From the NCBI GenBank assembly GCA_937625935.1, contig OW569366.1:248001-312000 (forward strand): a stretch of 64,000 nucleotides of DNA, written 5' to 3'. The notes beneath the pieces are model-generated. The model was not told the origin of the DNA, did no database searches, and saw only the letters and a list, made by a program, of their open reading frames with translations. Origin of the DNA: Tetramitus jugosus (lineage: Eukaryota > Protista > Heterolobosea). Below are positions 1 through 14,481 of the stretch, piece by piece (position 1 is the stretch's first letter; the number at the start of each line of letters is the position of its first letter). Position numbers and translations under genes: made by a program.

Positions 1-3000
1 ATAGATTCAGCATCAAAGTTACGGATTGATCCTAAGAAACCTTTCTCTCCCATCATCTTCTTCGATGGTGTCCACCAATCATCTTCTTTTCGACCAAAAT
101 CATCCGATTTCTTTGCTGGGGGTATTCCCTTCAATATACAAACCACTTTCATCACAGTTTTGACACCCTCTGGAGGATTTTGAAGAGCTCTCACTTCAAC
201 AATATCCTGATCCTTCAAATTTTTGATGGCTTCTTGAGCTCGAACCAAGGCAGGAAGCGCTTTTGCAAGCTGTTCTGCGCAGTATTCTCTAACTTTCTGA
301 TTTTCTTCGTTTTGCTGTTGCATAATCACTTCTTCTGCTTCAACGATTTTTCTTTGATCGTTAGCTTCCTCGGATTCTTGTTTGATATGTAAACTCAATT
401 GTTCATTTTGCTCGGATAATGTAACAAGTTCTGGCTGAAGCTTTTCTAATTCAAGTTGCATTTCAGCCACCTCTTTCTCAGTTTGTGCAATTCGCTCCAG
501 GCCAGTATCATATTTTAGTTTTTCTTGAGTTAGTTCTTCTTCACGAATGGTTGATAGTTTCTCAAAGTTTCCAAGCATATCCAAGTATGTGGTGGGTGTG
601 ACATAATTATGTCTTTTGGTCTTGTACAAAAATTCTTTCGATAACTCAGTTACAGAATTATGGAAGTATACACACACATCTACACATTGTTGTTCCTTTC
701 CTTCAAGAAGGCTAATATTTTTGAAGGAATTTAGAGCTACTGAGTGGAGAGCTTCAGAAGGCCATTCCGAAAACCAATCAATTGTGCAGCAGTTAACCAA
801 GGAAGGAAACATTCTTAGGTAGTTTCTCAAAGAATCTCCGATTGGGCTCATGCACACAACAATATGCAGATTGTTTCTACATCTTTCAACGAACAAATTG
901 TACAAACCAGCAGAAGACTGATCTTTTCCATTCTTTCTCGCTATTGGTCTCAGAATCTCAAAAATTTCCTTCAGTTCGTCAAGTGCAAACAGATTTGGAA
1001 TTTCTCCCGTGTTCAATAGGTTGCTGATATCCTCAAGGAAACCAACATCTTTAATCTGTGTATCAGAAAACAAGAAAACCGTACTCACACCATCTATACC
1101 TGTTTGTCTCAATAAAGCTTTCATTCTATCTTTCCATTCTACTAATCCGAATTTCTTTGTGAGGGTAATCTGATAAAGGCGTAAATCAGCAAGGAAAGTT
1201 GCAAGTTTAGTTAAACTTTGACGGCCACTACCACCTACACCAATCAATAACGCGTTTCCATATGGCTGTGATATAATTCTGCTAATCCTAGAGATGTGAT
1301 CAATTGCAAATTTAAATAGTACCAGATCCATTTTCTGATGTGATGGATTATCGTTATATTCATCGAGAGATCGATTGATCACATAAGTAAGATGATCGAT
1401 ATTATTCACTTCCACATAACTATCATCATTATCTTTGTCCATAAAGCTTGCATACACCAGTACCTTGTTCGGAATCAAGTCTCGGATATCAACATTAAAT
1501 TGAGAGTGTACTATCTGCTTCAATAAAGTGTTGAATTCCGCTCGATCATCACTACTTACTAGACGATCTTGGAACACTCGCATTGATTCGTGACACCACA
1601 ATCGAAGTAATTTGCTCTTCTCACCGATGTGTTTAATGTTCGCTTGACACATTCCCTGGAAAATTTTCGAAAGATCTCTCAAGTTAAAGGTGTAATGAGA
1701 TTTAGCTGGGGTGGGTAGGAATATATTGGCAACAGAATTATACATGTCCAATGAAGCCGCCACAACTTGTTTTCCAAAGCTCATGAGGGTACTTCCACTC
1801 AAGAACCAATTGATAATTTCAGAGAATATTGTTTTAAGTGTTGTGTTGTCGAAAGGAGTGAGACCAATAATATTGAAATGGCGAGTGTAACGTGCGGTCA
1901 CAGGATTTCTTCCACCCCCAGGGGGGCCCATGGCACAAACAAACTGAACATCTACAATATTGGTAAACCCACCTTGTTTGTCGTGTCTATCATACCAACC
2001 ACCATGATCCATAAATTGTCGGAGCAGTTCAATAGGAGGTTGTGCACCGTATTCTTCGAGTGCGGGCAAATTCAAATCATCTACAAATACAACGAGCTTC
2101 TTTCCAATAGGGGCTCCTATTGTACCCTTCTTCCTTCGATCAAACTTACTCTCTAATATGTCCTGAGTTTGATTGGCAGAGGTACGAGCGCTCATATTAA
2201 GAAAATTTGGAACATACTTATCGCGATCCAAACCGTAGAGGAGTCTTTGTTTGATGTACAAAGTTTTTCCTGTACCCGTTAAACCGACAAAGAGAACTGG
2301 TTTTTGGTGAGTGATGAGAGTATCTAGCAAGAATGAGTATCTGGTTGTGTCTGTTGTTGGTACGATGATATCTTGGAATGAAGCTTCCTTTGGAATAGAA
2401 AAAGGAGGAATTGTTTTGAGCCAATCAATCCATTGTCTCTTATTGTTGTCAAATGAGTAGTCGTAAACTGATTCAGAATTTGGAAATGGATTCACAAATT
2501 TGTATGTCGTACTTCCTTCGGTTTCATTCCGCAAATATTTATCGAACAACTTGCGACTTGTTTCATCACCAGTAGCTCCGAATGACCAGACAATTGCAAA
2601 GATAAGTAGTGACTCAACCGTGATTGTTTTGTCTTTTGGTTTAATATTGCCGTATACTTCTTCATTTCTGAATTCATCCAACAAGCTCTCAAATAAGTTT
2701 AACATGGCGTTTGTAAGTGTCATTCTGCTCGTAGCCAAATATTCTTTTACGTTCCGATAGATAAAGTCCAAAAGCTTCGGCACAAGACAATCAAGTATTT
2801 GCCAAATTTGTTGTGTTGTTGCTTTATCTTGGAGTCCAAGAGGTAAATCTCGATTCATCCAAGATTGTACCATGGGTTTCCATCCGATATCACTCGGTTC
2901 CATGTAAACCATACCACAACGACTAACTGTCGCAGGAGAAGCAACAGCTAGATCTTGTACTTCAAATATTAAATTCATACTATCGGACATTTTAACTATT

Positions 3001-6000
3001 TGACCGTTCGGCAAACAAAGTTTCTTATTATCATCTAGCACAGTGTTCATACTTTCAATCCAGATAGCATCCACGGGACCATCAAATATGAGCCACTTTC
3101 TATCGTTATCTTTACTTTCAGAAAATTTTCTGAAGTGAATGGCCAAAATTCCGTCCTTCCATTCTTTTGTTGCTATGTCAGTGCTTCCATAAAGTTGTCC
3201 CATCGTAATCGATTTTGGATTAATCACCTGGATCTGAACCTTTTCCTCCAGTCCTCTTTGGTTCATCATGTCTAATGCGTCGCGAAGAACTCTGTAGCTC
3301 GAGGTTTTTCCAGAAAAGGAGTTACCAACAAGCATCAAACCGTGGCGAACAATAATCATCTCGTATAACTGGATACACTTATCAATGAAGGGTTGAAGTG
3401 GTTGGAGAATTCTTGAGTTGCATGACTCTTCCATGCATTGAATTAGTTCAGAATAGTTTGGTTTGGGTACATTAACTGTTGGAAACAGATCAGAAATGAT
3501 ACCTTCAAACAGTGGTATGTCCTCTGCCAAAAATTTAGGTAGATTGACATCCATAAGAGATCTAAGCATCAATTCATCTTCTCGATCATCTGGATACTGT
3601 TGTTTTAGTGTACCAGCCCTGACAAGTACACTTTTGACTGCTCTCATTCCATAGTCGTAATGATCCTGAGAGGAAAGCTGTTCACTACACAAGCGATATG
3701 TAGCTACAATCTTTCGAGCCAAATTTCTTCCTTCATAGAATCCGTAAGAGAACAAACTAATTTCTGCAATCATGGCGTAATCAGGAATCATCATAGCAAC
3801 AGGTCTAAACAATGTTTTCAAATTATCAGGTAATTCTGATCTTCCAGCATAGCCTGGATTCATCGTAATGAAGATTGCACAGGAGGGATCAATATCAATC
3901 TCGAACCCTTCGAAGAGGAATCGTTTTTGTTTTGCAGCAACAGCCAATTGAATTTGCTGGATCTGTTGTGCAACCACAGAGAGAACCTCAAGCTGAATTC
4001 TATTAAATTCATCGAAACAGGACCATGCTCCACTACTTGCAAGTCCTTTGAAGAACTTTTCCATGCCTTCAGCATCAAGAGTATCAGAACAATTGTAAAC
4101 AACACAAAACTTGGCGATTGCTTTCGCTAAATCCTTTGTTGTTTCCGTCTTGCCTGTGCCTGCAGGTCCTTCTGGGGCTCCACCTTTATGTAGTTGAAGA
4201 GCACCCATTAGAGTTCGGTAACAACGATCAGTAAGCGGTGTGATGACTAATCTTGGAGTGTTACCTAGATATTCATAACCGTATTCAATCTGAGCAGTGA
4301 CCTGTCTCACGATGAGTTGAGGAGGATCTCCTTCCCAATAAAATCTCAACTGAGATTGCCATTCGAAATCAGAAATGTCATTCACCTCCTCTTTAACAAG
4401 GTTAGCCACAACATCTTTTGCGTGTACATCCATTACAACCAGGGCTCCAAGTGTGATGCGTTGAAGAGGAGTTAACTTTCCTCGAACGATATCAATTAAT
4501 TCCTTCATTTGCTTTTCAAGCCGAGTGAGATACTTCTGTATTCCCTTGACACCACCATTTCTAATGGCCTCCTCAACCTCTCTCGTCCAAAACATTTGAC
4601 TCACAGCGAGAACAACTTGACCCTGCCAATCTAGTATCCACTTGGACCTCTTTGTTAAAGCGTAATCAACAATGGCCTTTTCTATCACGTTTCGAACTGA
4701 TGCTTTCATTTCCTTTTCTATCTCCAGTAACCAAAGTTCAACTTTACCAGAGTAGTCATTAGGAACAATATTTCGTGTAAAATCAATTCTCTCCTGCTCC
4801 TTCGACATCATCGCAGTGATTTCCTTGTCATCAGTAAAGTCAAGTTTATCAATACCCTCAAAACATTTACGAAGATGAGGTTGGACTCGGAGAGGATCTT
4901 TCGTTTCGGATAGTATCTCCAAAAGTTCGTCGTCAGCCAAAAAGTAGAACCTGGGAAATTTTCTCCTTTTTGTTTCAAGGTAATCTTTCAAGCCCTTGTG
5001 TATCTCATCGAGCATTTTGTTGTGCTCTTGAAAGTTTTGTAAGAGATTCTCCATCGTCATAACTTCAGTGACGATCTTAGTCTTATTCGCCATATCCATA
5101 ACAGCTCTCCATGATTTATCGACAATATTGAATTTTGTTGCTTCATCTGGTAATTGAGTTGCTATATCCTGGGACGTAAATATAGGTTCGAGGTAGAGAT
5201 ATGCGACCTGACACAATATCCATTGATCTAAGATATCTTGACGATCAAGAAGCTTTCTCTCCCAGGATATCACATCGAGTTCAATCTCCTTAACATACGG
5301 AGAAGAACGCATTGATTGAGTAAGTACGATATGTTCATCTAGCATCGTCTGTAGATCATCAAGTTCGACAAGCTTCCATGTTGTACCGTATTTTCCTAAC
5401 TGGAACGCTACAGCCTTCCATGAATCCTCCATCTCCTGTAAACCTCTTGTAATTTTTAATTCCTGACTTGCAAAAGCCGATATCTCTTGGATTTGAGCCA
5501 AATAAGTATCCAAATTCATATCAAGTAAGTCTCTGAAGGTTAAATTGTTGGTATCGATTGGTTTTCCTACCAGAGCAGATATTTTTTGCCAATGTCTACC
5601 TCTGAGACCATCATTTCTCAAGGCTGTGATCAGAGGGATATGCTTCTTAAAATCTGCCAATTTTTTCCTCAAATTGGTTGCAACCTGTTTTGGTCCGGAG
5701 TCAGCCAACTTTTTCTCCAACTTTTTCAAGGTATCAAACCAAGTAAGGGCATTTGTCTCCACTTCAGTGGGATTTAGAAGTTTGAATTGCCCATCCATCC
5801 ATTCTGGATACCGCTGAGACTCCTGGTAGGCAATAGTCCAAAGGCTCTCAGTTGGTTCGAAAGCCTCAGCGAGTTCTGTCAACTTGATAAACTCGGTTTG
5901 CTTCCAGTTAAACATTCTCTCGCGATTGTTGTATTGCTGAGCTTTACTTTTGGCATCAGCAATCTTTTGATGCATGTCCTGAATTTTTTGATAGTATTCC

Positions 6001-9000
6001 TCCACATATTCGATATCATCAAACATCGCGAAATCAAACATCTCTCGCGAATATTTGTCGATATCTTCGACAAGAGTAGCCAATGATTCAGTGAGTTCAT
6101 CCATAAATTTTCTCTTATCTTCCTCCAACCGAATATTGCTATCCTGAAGAACAGCATACACCTTCTTTGGCCATCCATATGTTTCAATGTATGTTCTGAA
6201 ATGCTCTTCGCTAGTATTGTAAGAAAATTCATTCAATAACTTAAAATTCTCTTGAACAACACCAAATCGAGACTGTAAAGCTTCAATATCGAGTGATACT
6301 TTCATAAGATAATCCTTGAGCTCTGCAAGCTCTTCAGCATTCTGAGGTACGACTTGAATCTTCTCGTATACCACCTCGAAGGCTTCCCGGATAGCATTAC
6401 ATTCATTCGTGCCCTTCTCTGACAACTTTCTTAGCAAAGTGTTTGCTGTGCCAAGAGTACTACTCACGCAAACATCCTTTATGTGTCCACACTCCACTAG
6501 AAATAGATTAAACTTAACTTCATCGAGCGATTTGTGCTGAATTTTTTGAGCTGCATCATACAACTTTCTTAATTCTTCTCTTAACTTGTCTAAAGACATA
6601 TTATCTGACAAGAAGTTTGTTGTATACTCCTCAATATCGTAGGACAGGAAAACTTCAAACTCTTTGAACATATCTAGTAATTGTTTAGGTCCAATCATAT
6701 TATCGTTGATAATCTTCTCACATATACTCCACGCAGATTGTGTGATAGGGTCATCCTTCTTCAGATTTGGAAGGATATAATCACGTTCATCGAGAGTCAA
6801 AAGAGGGAATAGTTTGGGACCTACACCAGGAATGGTATCTGTATCATCTAAAACATTGTCAAACATATATTTTATCGTCTCGGATACTGTGTCCATAGAA
6901 GGACGTAATTCGCATTTCTTATTGTTCACAACTACCTCAAGGGAAAACAATGGTGTTTTACCATTAACATCCAAAGGCATCAACTTTTCGCTTTCATCAA
7001 CTTGAAACTGCTCCATAAAAGTTGCAAAACCCTGAAGCGCTTGCCGCGACATATCCCTCAACTGGAAGGACATAATAAGGTTAATTAGTCTCAAAACTCG
7101 GTACAATCGTCGACCCTTAAATCTCTCGATATCATCTTCGTAAAAGTTATTGGATCCATTTAAACCATTCTGAACGACTGTTGTCGCCTTCGAAGACCAA
7201 TCATCTTTTAACTTATTTGCTATTCTTGTTATAGTCTTATTCTGTAGATTACTCCAATCCTCCAGCTTACATGGAAGAGATAGTTCCTCCATAACAATGT
7301 CTATCATCTTATCATCCTTGAATATTCTAATCTGCTCGTGGACTGTCCTTAACGTATCAATCAGCTCTCTGTGGGAATAGAAAATGTGTTTGTCTATATA
7401 CTCTCTGATACCATTAAAGTCATATTGAGGGATGCTGATAACACCTGAATAAGGGGCTCTTGTTTGTCGTTTCGGCTCAGGTAGATCCAAATCCGAACAT
7501 TTCTCTCTCTCCAATGGATGTTGCATAAAATACTCAAATATCGAAAGTTTCACACCACTTGAATAATTTTCTTTCATTTCAGCAACTCCTTCCTCGATTA
7601 TATCCAAGTGTTTGACAGGAAATTCAGACGCCACTAAACTCAAAATTCGATCGACCTGATCTTCGCTAATCGAGGAAACCTCCGCATTATCAACTTTGTC
7701 AACTTGAAGCATGTACCTTTCCTGTCTTTCGTGATGAATTCGACGAATCATGGCCATCCTTATTCGCTGTTTAAATAGTGTCCAATCTTCATCATCGAAA
7801 CATAGATTTAATCGCTTCACATATTTAGTTTGTTGATTCAACTCCCACTCAATTAGATATGTCGAATTCTCATCTTCATAATCTAACACGCGACATGGTT
7901 GCCATGAATACTCTTTGCCATCAAAAAAGTTAGACTTCGCTCTAGTCCCTCCAGTATCCTTTCCTAGCGCAACCCATTTATTGGGAGTGTATAATTCACC
8001 CTCTTCACCATCGAATAACTCCAATGGCAAAAATTTACTACTTCCAATGTCAATATCTTGATCACTGTGATGAAGAATGGGGTTAAATAATACGACCATA
8101 AAACTAAATGTTGAACAATAGTACATACTCACTCAAAATAATTTCTTTTTCATGATCATCGAATTCCTTGCTAACTATAACAGTCATATTCTTATTTTGG
8201 AATGGTTTGGGCTTTGCAACCATGGAATTGGATGATGTTTCCATTTTGTTCATATAGGAGTTTGACTCTTTAATGTACGTAATCGAGTCAATATCAACAC
8301 TCACTGCATCAAAGCTGTTTTTTACTAAATGGAACGGTTAGAATCTCAGTGAGAATATTGATGTAACAAAGAATGCAAGACATACATGAAAAGGCTCGTG
8401 CTTTTAACTTGACAGGCGTCAATCCTTCACAACTCGGTGTGTACAGCGCTCCTATTCTCTCGCTAGGAGAAGGTTTGACATCAACATTGATTTTTTCTTT
8501 CAGTTTAGTAGTATTTACACTCTCTGAAGTAGACATAACTGCTGTAGACATATCCACTGTTTCTCCTCTTTCATTGGAAAATGTGGAATTCGAACGCATT
8601 TCGATGGGAGAGGATCCTTTTTGGAACTTTTTCAACACACCAGGAATTGTCAATTTCGTTATTTTCAGTTTGTTTACATCTCCTCTTACAGAGTATGAAT
8701 TCGGTCGCGTGCTCTATAAGCAATTTAAGTTATTACTCTGTCTAAACAATATTGTCAATATAATGAACGAAATGAAAAACATACATCTAAAGAAGTCATT
8801 TTTGGAGCAGCTGGTGCCTTGTTGGAATGATGTTTCTTTAATCTTTCATACATTCTGTAACCAGTTTCTCTCATTTTCTTATCTTTACCAGTATACCCCT
8901 CCTGTTTGTGTGTCAATGATGTCAGTGTGTGAATGAGGCCGAAAGAAAAGTCTACTATGGTCACAGAGCAATTGGAAACATACCAGAAATTCAGTGGGGA

Positions 9001-9043
9001 CTGGCTCAATAATATTAGCAATACTGTCATCCACAAAGCTCAT
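1..9043 (-). CDS. DNAH1: Axonemal inner-arm dynein heavy chain, DNAH1-like; N-terminal part only, runs off the window; about 4 short introns near the 5' end (~8104-8132, ~8325-8385, ~8743-8784, ~8904-8984)
   Basis: The reverse strand translates the AAA1 signature YGYEYLGNTPRLVITPLTDRCYRTLMGALQLHKGGAPEGPAGTGKTETTKDLAKA..CFDEFNRI (~4000-4283). It also shows further P-loops (GNSFSGKT, GLTGTGKT, GVGGSGRQS) and a DNAH1-type N-terminal motif (PLELFDG..TPNKWVALG..VLDYED..RLNLCFDDED). Putative ATG at 9043 (MSFVDDSIANIIEP) with GTATGT..AG introns. Missing from the ORF track because it has no stop in the window. Confidence 0.93.
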
Positions 9044-9421
9044 GTTTGATGTCAATAAATTACATAAGGTGCCTGAACTTCAGGCCGTTCAGAGATGCTA
9101 TTGTGTTTGAATATTTTGCCGCGAATTGTAGACCGAAACTGCCCGCGAAAATTTTTTCTTGGCGCCATGAATCATTTCCCCGAATTTGCAATTCCCAACC
9201 TGATTTCTTCAAACTGGTTGTGAGATCTGTTTCCCTTTTTCTGCGTTCATATTACAGTGCACTTTTTGTTTGTTTCCTGATTTGGTACTTGTTGTGAATT
9301 ACAGTAACTGCGGGAATGATACTGTTTTTCTCTGTTGGTGCCCAGAAAATCAGAAACTCGTGTGAAATCCTGGTTGGTGTAGTTTCTGGGTTCGTCGAAA
9401 AAAACAAAACAACCCTAAAAA

Positions 9422-10534
9422 ATGTCTTCTTCTTCGTCATCCAACACTGCACCTCTACTCCACTCCTCTACAAGCTCCTCTCCCCTATCACCACACAAAT
9501 TACTCAAGAAAAAACCCAAATGGGAACTCAATAAGCTGGGTGTCCTGTTCTTGTTGTTGGCTCTCATACAGGCATTGGCAGTGATTGGTGGCACCATTGC
9601 CAACATGGTGCTCAATTCTATGCAACCCAGTCCATCCTACAGTTCCTACTTTCTGTCCAGTGTGTTGATTGTCATCATGATCAGTATGACGTACTTTGCA
9701 TTCGACAGTGTCTTGTTTGAGAATTCGTTTGAGTTGCTGGGATTCACCGTTGCGAGTCTTGTCATGTTTATTCGACTCATTTATGGAATTGTCAATGTAT
9801 TGACAGAGACGAATAATCACAAGACAATGGCAACAACAACAGCAACATATAAGCTTCCTCGTTCTCACGTGTCTGTTCTGGTCACGTCATCCATTGTCCT
9901 ATTTATTCAATTGACTCAATTCTTGTTGTTGATACCGTTGCAAAAGAGTTTTGGTTGGAGATCGTATCGATTGATTGGAACAGATGATAGTCTCATTCGC
10001 AGATATCGCATCTACAACTTCTTCTTGGCATGTATCAAGATTGATACACTGTTGTCAGTGTTGGTGCTCATGATGGGTCTGTTCTTTGTCGAGTTTGACT
10101 ATTGGTTGAGTTATGTGGGAGTGGGTGCAGGTATGGCAGTGTCTCTGTTGTCTATTCCCTTGTTGATTGTGGGTGTGCGGTTCGAAAAGGTTGTAATTGT
10201 GGTGCTGTGGTGCGTCTGGGCTCCTGCACTGCCTGGTTATCTCATTTACAAGGTGATTGTCTTTTGGATCCACAAGGGTCACATCCATCAATGGAATGGC
10301 TCGACGTTGAACGATACGGACCTTGTGATTGTGTTGACCATTTTGTCCATTTGCACAATTATGATGCGTGTATTGCTATGGATTGTCACTGTGATTGCCA
10401 CGTTGAACTTTGGTTATGGACTCAAGGACATTCACAAGAGAGCCAAGGACAAGGTCGAGAAGGTGAATGATGCACAAGGGTGGCACCTTGGACCTAACGG
10501 TGAGATCATCTTTGAAGGTGACAATAGTGAATAA
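9422..10534 (+). CDS. Multi-pass membrane protein, UPF0658 (S. pombe C1952.10c-like) family
   Basis: 370-aa ORF with about 8 hydrophobic segments; FGWRSYRLIGTD..RRYRIYNFFLACIKID resembles the family's FGW..Y..IGAD..Y..L.K.D motif. Confidence 0.55.
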   Translation: MSSSSSSNTAPLLHSSTSSSPLSPHKLLKKKPKWELNKLGVLFLLLALIQALAVIGGTIANMVLNSMQPSPSYSSYFLSSVLIVIMISMTYFAFDSVLFENSFELLGFTVASLVMFIRLIYGIVNVLTETNNHKTMATTTATYKLPRSHVSVLVTSSIVLFIQLTQFLLLIPLQKSFGWRSYRLIGTDDSLIRRYRIYNFFLACIKIDTLLSVLVLMMGLFFVEFDYWLSYVGVGAGMAVSLLSIPLLIVGVRFEKVVIVVLWCVWAPALPGYLIYKVIVFWIHKGHIHQWNGSTLNDTDLVIVLTILSICTIMMRVLLWIVTVIATLNFGYGLKDIHKRAKDKVEKVNDAQGWHLGPNGEIIFEGDNSE

Positions 10535-10751
10535 ACATGGTTCCATGTATTTCAACAATAAACTTGTTGCTGAAGCAAAAGATTCGAATGAAATAGTGTA
10601 GATGAAATCAATCTCTCTTTCGCCATTCTCTGAGAAGTTGAGTTCTCCTCGCTCTAACATTAATGACTGCTCAGTTAGAAGTTTCGGACAAATTGGAGCA
10701 GCAAAAGAGACAGAAGAAAGAAAACATATATAACCCTTGTGCATTATTTAT

Positions 10752-12434
10752 TTATTCAGTGGTGACAGTCTTTCGAACTCGATGGGACAAGCATTGGGCT
10801 TGGAAGTTTTCAGGTTTCACATCCGCACAAATCTTCTTGAAAGCATCGTATGAACAGAAGTGAGATGATGCACCAGGCAGCAACAGGGGCATGCCATTAA
10901 AGATTGCGCGAACAAAATGTTGACTGGTTTGCTTGTTTCTCCACAGTTCGAAGGACACATGAGAACCGACCATTGGCCATTCCTTGATCTGATCAATGGC
11001 GCCCACTGCACTCAGAATAGGAAGAATCGTGGTATCGTGACCAAAGTACAGTTCCATTGGCTTATTCTTCAACAACGAAGAGGAATGTGGATAAGAGGCA
11101 TGAGAGATGGCATGATCCATGTTACCGACAAGCTCGTGCAAGAAGAGACCAACAGAGAGTGATGTCAGTTCTTTACCGTTGGCATGATCAATTGCAAACA
11201 TTCGATTGGCAGCTTCAGACACGACACTGGCAACCTTTGTCACATGTTGTGTCTTAATACCATTGGGCAATGGCTTTCCATGGAAGAGATACATTTGAAA
11301 TCCATTGTGCAATGCTTCTAATGTGGGAATGGAACCGTTGCCTTCACCGCTGTGAGTCACACTGATTGTGGCATCGCTTGGCAAATGGAAAATGTCCTTG
11401 AGTTGTAGTCTCAATTCGGCCACATCAGGTCTCTCATCCAATGATTGCAAGAATTGATCCTTGTCTTTCATTTCTCTCAACAAGTGACCAATCTTGGGAC
11501 AGATGCGCGTATTGGGATACATGTTCTCCAATGTGTACTCGTACTTGTAAATGATGGGTGGTACGAACAAGAGGTTGGAAGAAACGACTGTTTGGAGACT
11601 TCCATATTTTGAAGATTGTTCTTGTTGTTGTTGTTCTTGCTTGGTCGTTGCCATCATCAAATGATTCAACAAGCCAGTCAAGAAACCTTGTGCACTCTGT
11701 TCTGTTCTTCTAGGAGCCACATCAGTCGTTCTCACAAACATGAACTGATTCAAATCAATCCATTTTTGATTCTTACTCGTACCCTTGTTGTTGTTGTTGT
11801 AATGACTCATGTGAGATTGAATCCATGAACCATATCTCTGTGCATACTCGTGACCAATCTCTTCCATTTGCTTCATTCCCTCCATGGTCAACTGTCCTCT
11901 CATACAAGTGCCCAACAAGTGTTGTTCATTGGGTACGACCATGGTTTGAAACTTGTGAAAAATACCTCTACCACCTCTACGACTGCTCTCCATACCACCA
12001 TGATTTTCGTCTTCAGCTGCTTCTGCTTCTTCATCATGTGATGATTGTTTCATCATGGATGATCGAATCAATGTTTCAAATGGTTCACAATTATCCCACA
12101 CAATTCTCTCATCTACCACTGTATGATCACCACCACTATTACCATCATCATGTCGATTCATCAATGATATTCTTGTTCTTGGAATTTCTCCGATGGGTGT
12201 TCTGGCACCGTGTCTGAATATGGATTGTACTTTGATCAGTTCCATGATGGATGATGATTGATCTTTGTCGTCGTCATCATCATCATCATCATCATCACTA
12301 CTCTTCTCTTCTTCATCACCATCCCCATCAGCAGTGAATGACTCTGCTCCTAATTTTGGTTTCGATTGAGCCGAGATGGCAATTGCTGCAATGAAACTCA
12401 CTGTACAGGCTTTAAGCATCCATCTTTTATTCAT
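10752..12434 (-). CDS. Histidine acid phosphatase (clade 2, ACP6/lysophosphatidic acid phosphatase-like)
   Basis: RHGARTP catalytic motif, GQLT..G, RT.QSA and GHDTT acid motif. Confidence 0.88.
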   Translation of the reverse strand: MNKRWMLKACTVSFIAAIAISAQSKPKLGAESFTADGDGDEEEKSSDDDDDDDDDDKDQSSSIMELIKVQSIFRHGARTPIGEIPRTRISLMNRHDDGNSGGDHTVVDERIVWDNCEPFETLIRSSMMKQSSHDEEAEAAEDENHGGMESSRRGGRGIFHKFQTMVVPNEQHLLGTCMRGQLTMEGMKQMEEIGHEYAQRYGSWIQSHMSHYNNNNKGTSKNQKWIDLNQFMFVRTTDVAPRRTEQSAQGFLTGLLNHLMMATTKQEQQQQEQSSKYGSLQTVVSSNLLFVPPIIYKYEYTLENMYPNTRICPKIGHLLREMKDKDQFLQSLDERPDVAELRLQLKDIFHLPSDATISVTHSGEGNGSIPTLEALHNGFQMYLFHGKPLPNGIKTQHVTKVASVVSEAANRMFAIDHANGKELTSLSVGLFLHELVGNMDHAISHASYPHSSSLLKNKPMELYFGHDTTILPILSAVGAIDQIKEWPMVGSHVSFELWRNKQTSQHFVRAIFNGMPLLLPGASSHFCSYDAFKKICADVKPENFQAQCLSHRVRKTVTTE

Positions 12435-12568
12435 GATCGTTACTACTATGGTTATGATGTACGAGTGACTATGACGATCCTTGTTTGATGTGCGTTTTCT
12501 CTCTTGTTGTTGAAGTTTTTCCGGAACACGGAGAATAACAAATACAACGCGGTGATGGGAGCATGTTT

Positions 12569-13276
12569 TTATTCTGACAATTCACTATTGCTACTGCTGA
12601 TACTTTCGACAACTGCGGGCAATGTCGTAAAATAGTGTGATGCAAACAATTTGACAATCTCATCATCCATTTGTGCATAGTGCTGTATTTTGGTGACTGG
12701 TTTGGGATCCAAGTCCACCACACCCAATCGATAATTCATTTTCATTTCGTTGCTATTGTTGTCCCACACAAATGTCATCATGATGGAACAATCTTTGGCA
12801 CATTGGGCAATGAGAAAGTTTCGAATGACATGCAATGCCAGTGCTTCATCTTGTTTGCACTTTTCAATAATGTTGTCCTGATAGAGAGCAGTATTGAATT
12901 GTGGCCTTGGAGGTGAAGATATTAATGATGATACTGATGATGACCATCGATGACAAACAAAATTATTATTCTTCAATTCGAGTAAATCAGATTGAATCTG
13001 TTGAACAATTTGTTCAATCATATCGCCAGTGTCGTCTTTCTCATTAGTAGTAGATGAGAATGGAAATAGCTTTTCATGGATATCATTGATTGAATATTGA
13101 TTGATAGATGATGATAGTAATTGATTGAGAATTGTGTGAATCACTTGAACATCATACACGTCCAACAATTGTACGCGTTGCAAGTATTGCAGAACTTTTG
13201 AGTCTTTTAAACAGTGCATGATTTGATTGAGAAAACGATCCAACAACAATGAGTGCTCTTGCAATGATGATTGATC

Positions 13277-13307
<31 letters not shown>

Positions 13308-14362
13308 TTCAACAATAATTGAATCAACTCACTTTGGAAATCACTATTATGCCTCTGTTCCATATCAGCATGCCACTCGAGTTGACCATTGACATACACT
13401 CTCAAATTGTTTTGAGGTGATTGAACCAATTGTTTTAATCCATGTTTCAATCGATCATCATCATGATCATCATCAGATGATTGTTGTTGTGATGGTTGTT
13501 GTGATGATGATGATGATGAATGACTACTACCACTCATAGTTGTAGTAGTAGTAGTAGTAGTAGTAGTAGAAGAAGAGTAGAGATCCATGGGACAGAATGA
13601 ACTTGTTTGTTTGATACTGCCTGATTGATGTTTCAACACTTGATGCATACAATAACGACAATAGTGATACTTTAACTTGTGATGAATGTTGTTGTTATTA
13701 GTGGTGGTGATGGAATCATCCTCATCAGTTGTATCATCATCATTCTTCGTTTCATTACTATTATTGTTGTTATTGTTGTGAAAATGAGAAGAGTAGCACA
13801 TCATGCCCCACTTTGGTTTAATCTCTACACTAAACGTCTTTTGATTACTATTATTGTTATTGTTGTCATCAGTAGTAGTAGTAGTAGTAGTAGTTGATGA
13901 TGATGATGTTGTTGTTGTTGTTGTATAATCAGGCAACAAGAGTACAGTGTTGGCACTGAAATCAATTGGATCACCCTTGTTCACTCTGTACAATGGTCTC
14001 TTGTCTCTAATCTTTTCATCAATGTCCATGAGAAATGTTGATGATGATGATGATTGTTGTTGAAGAGAAATCATGGATCCACTGTTGACAACAGAGTGAC
14101 CAATCAATGGTTGCATCACTCTCTTTACATATTCATATACATAGTGTTGTATACCACTACTATTATTACTATTACTATGATTGTTGGTATTGTTGTCAGT
14201 GGTATTGATGGTGGTAGTGGTGGTTTGATGATGTGTTTCAAAGGATGATTTTTTGCGAATGCGAAGCACATGATTCTTGTATTGTTCTTGTTGACCAACA
14301 TAGGTCAATATGATGTTGCCTATGCCTTCACACTTGTATTCCCATTCATCTACAAGTAGCAT
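12569..14362 (-). CDS. IPK1: Inositol-pentakisphosphate 2-kinase with homopolymer insertions
   Basis: Conserved boxes EG.GNI, VEIKPKWG, CRYCMHQ, FCPMDLYS, QNNLRV, AKDCSIM, VVDLDPKP. Confidence 0.9.
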
Positions 14363-14481
14363 GTTGTTAAGTTTGATTTGGATTGTTGTTTTTTGTAGGA
14401 TTTGTGATTCACACAGTGTTTCGGAAATTTCCTTGTCAGAGAAGTGGGTTCGAGTAGAGGAGTTTTTAATGTTTTTGAAAA

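Noticed and set aside
180-8936. Many short ORFs in the track over the first 9 kb
   Set aside because: Antisense or off-frame shadows, or individual exons, of the dynein heavy-chain gene
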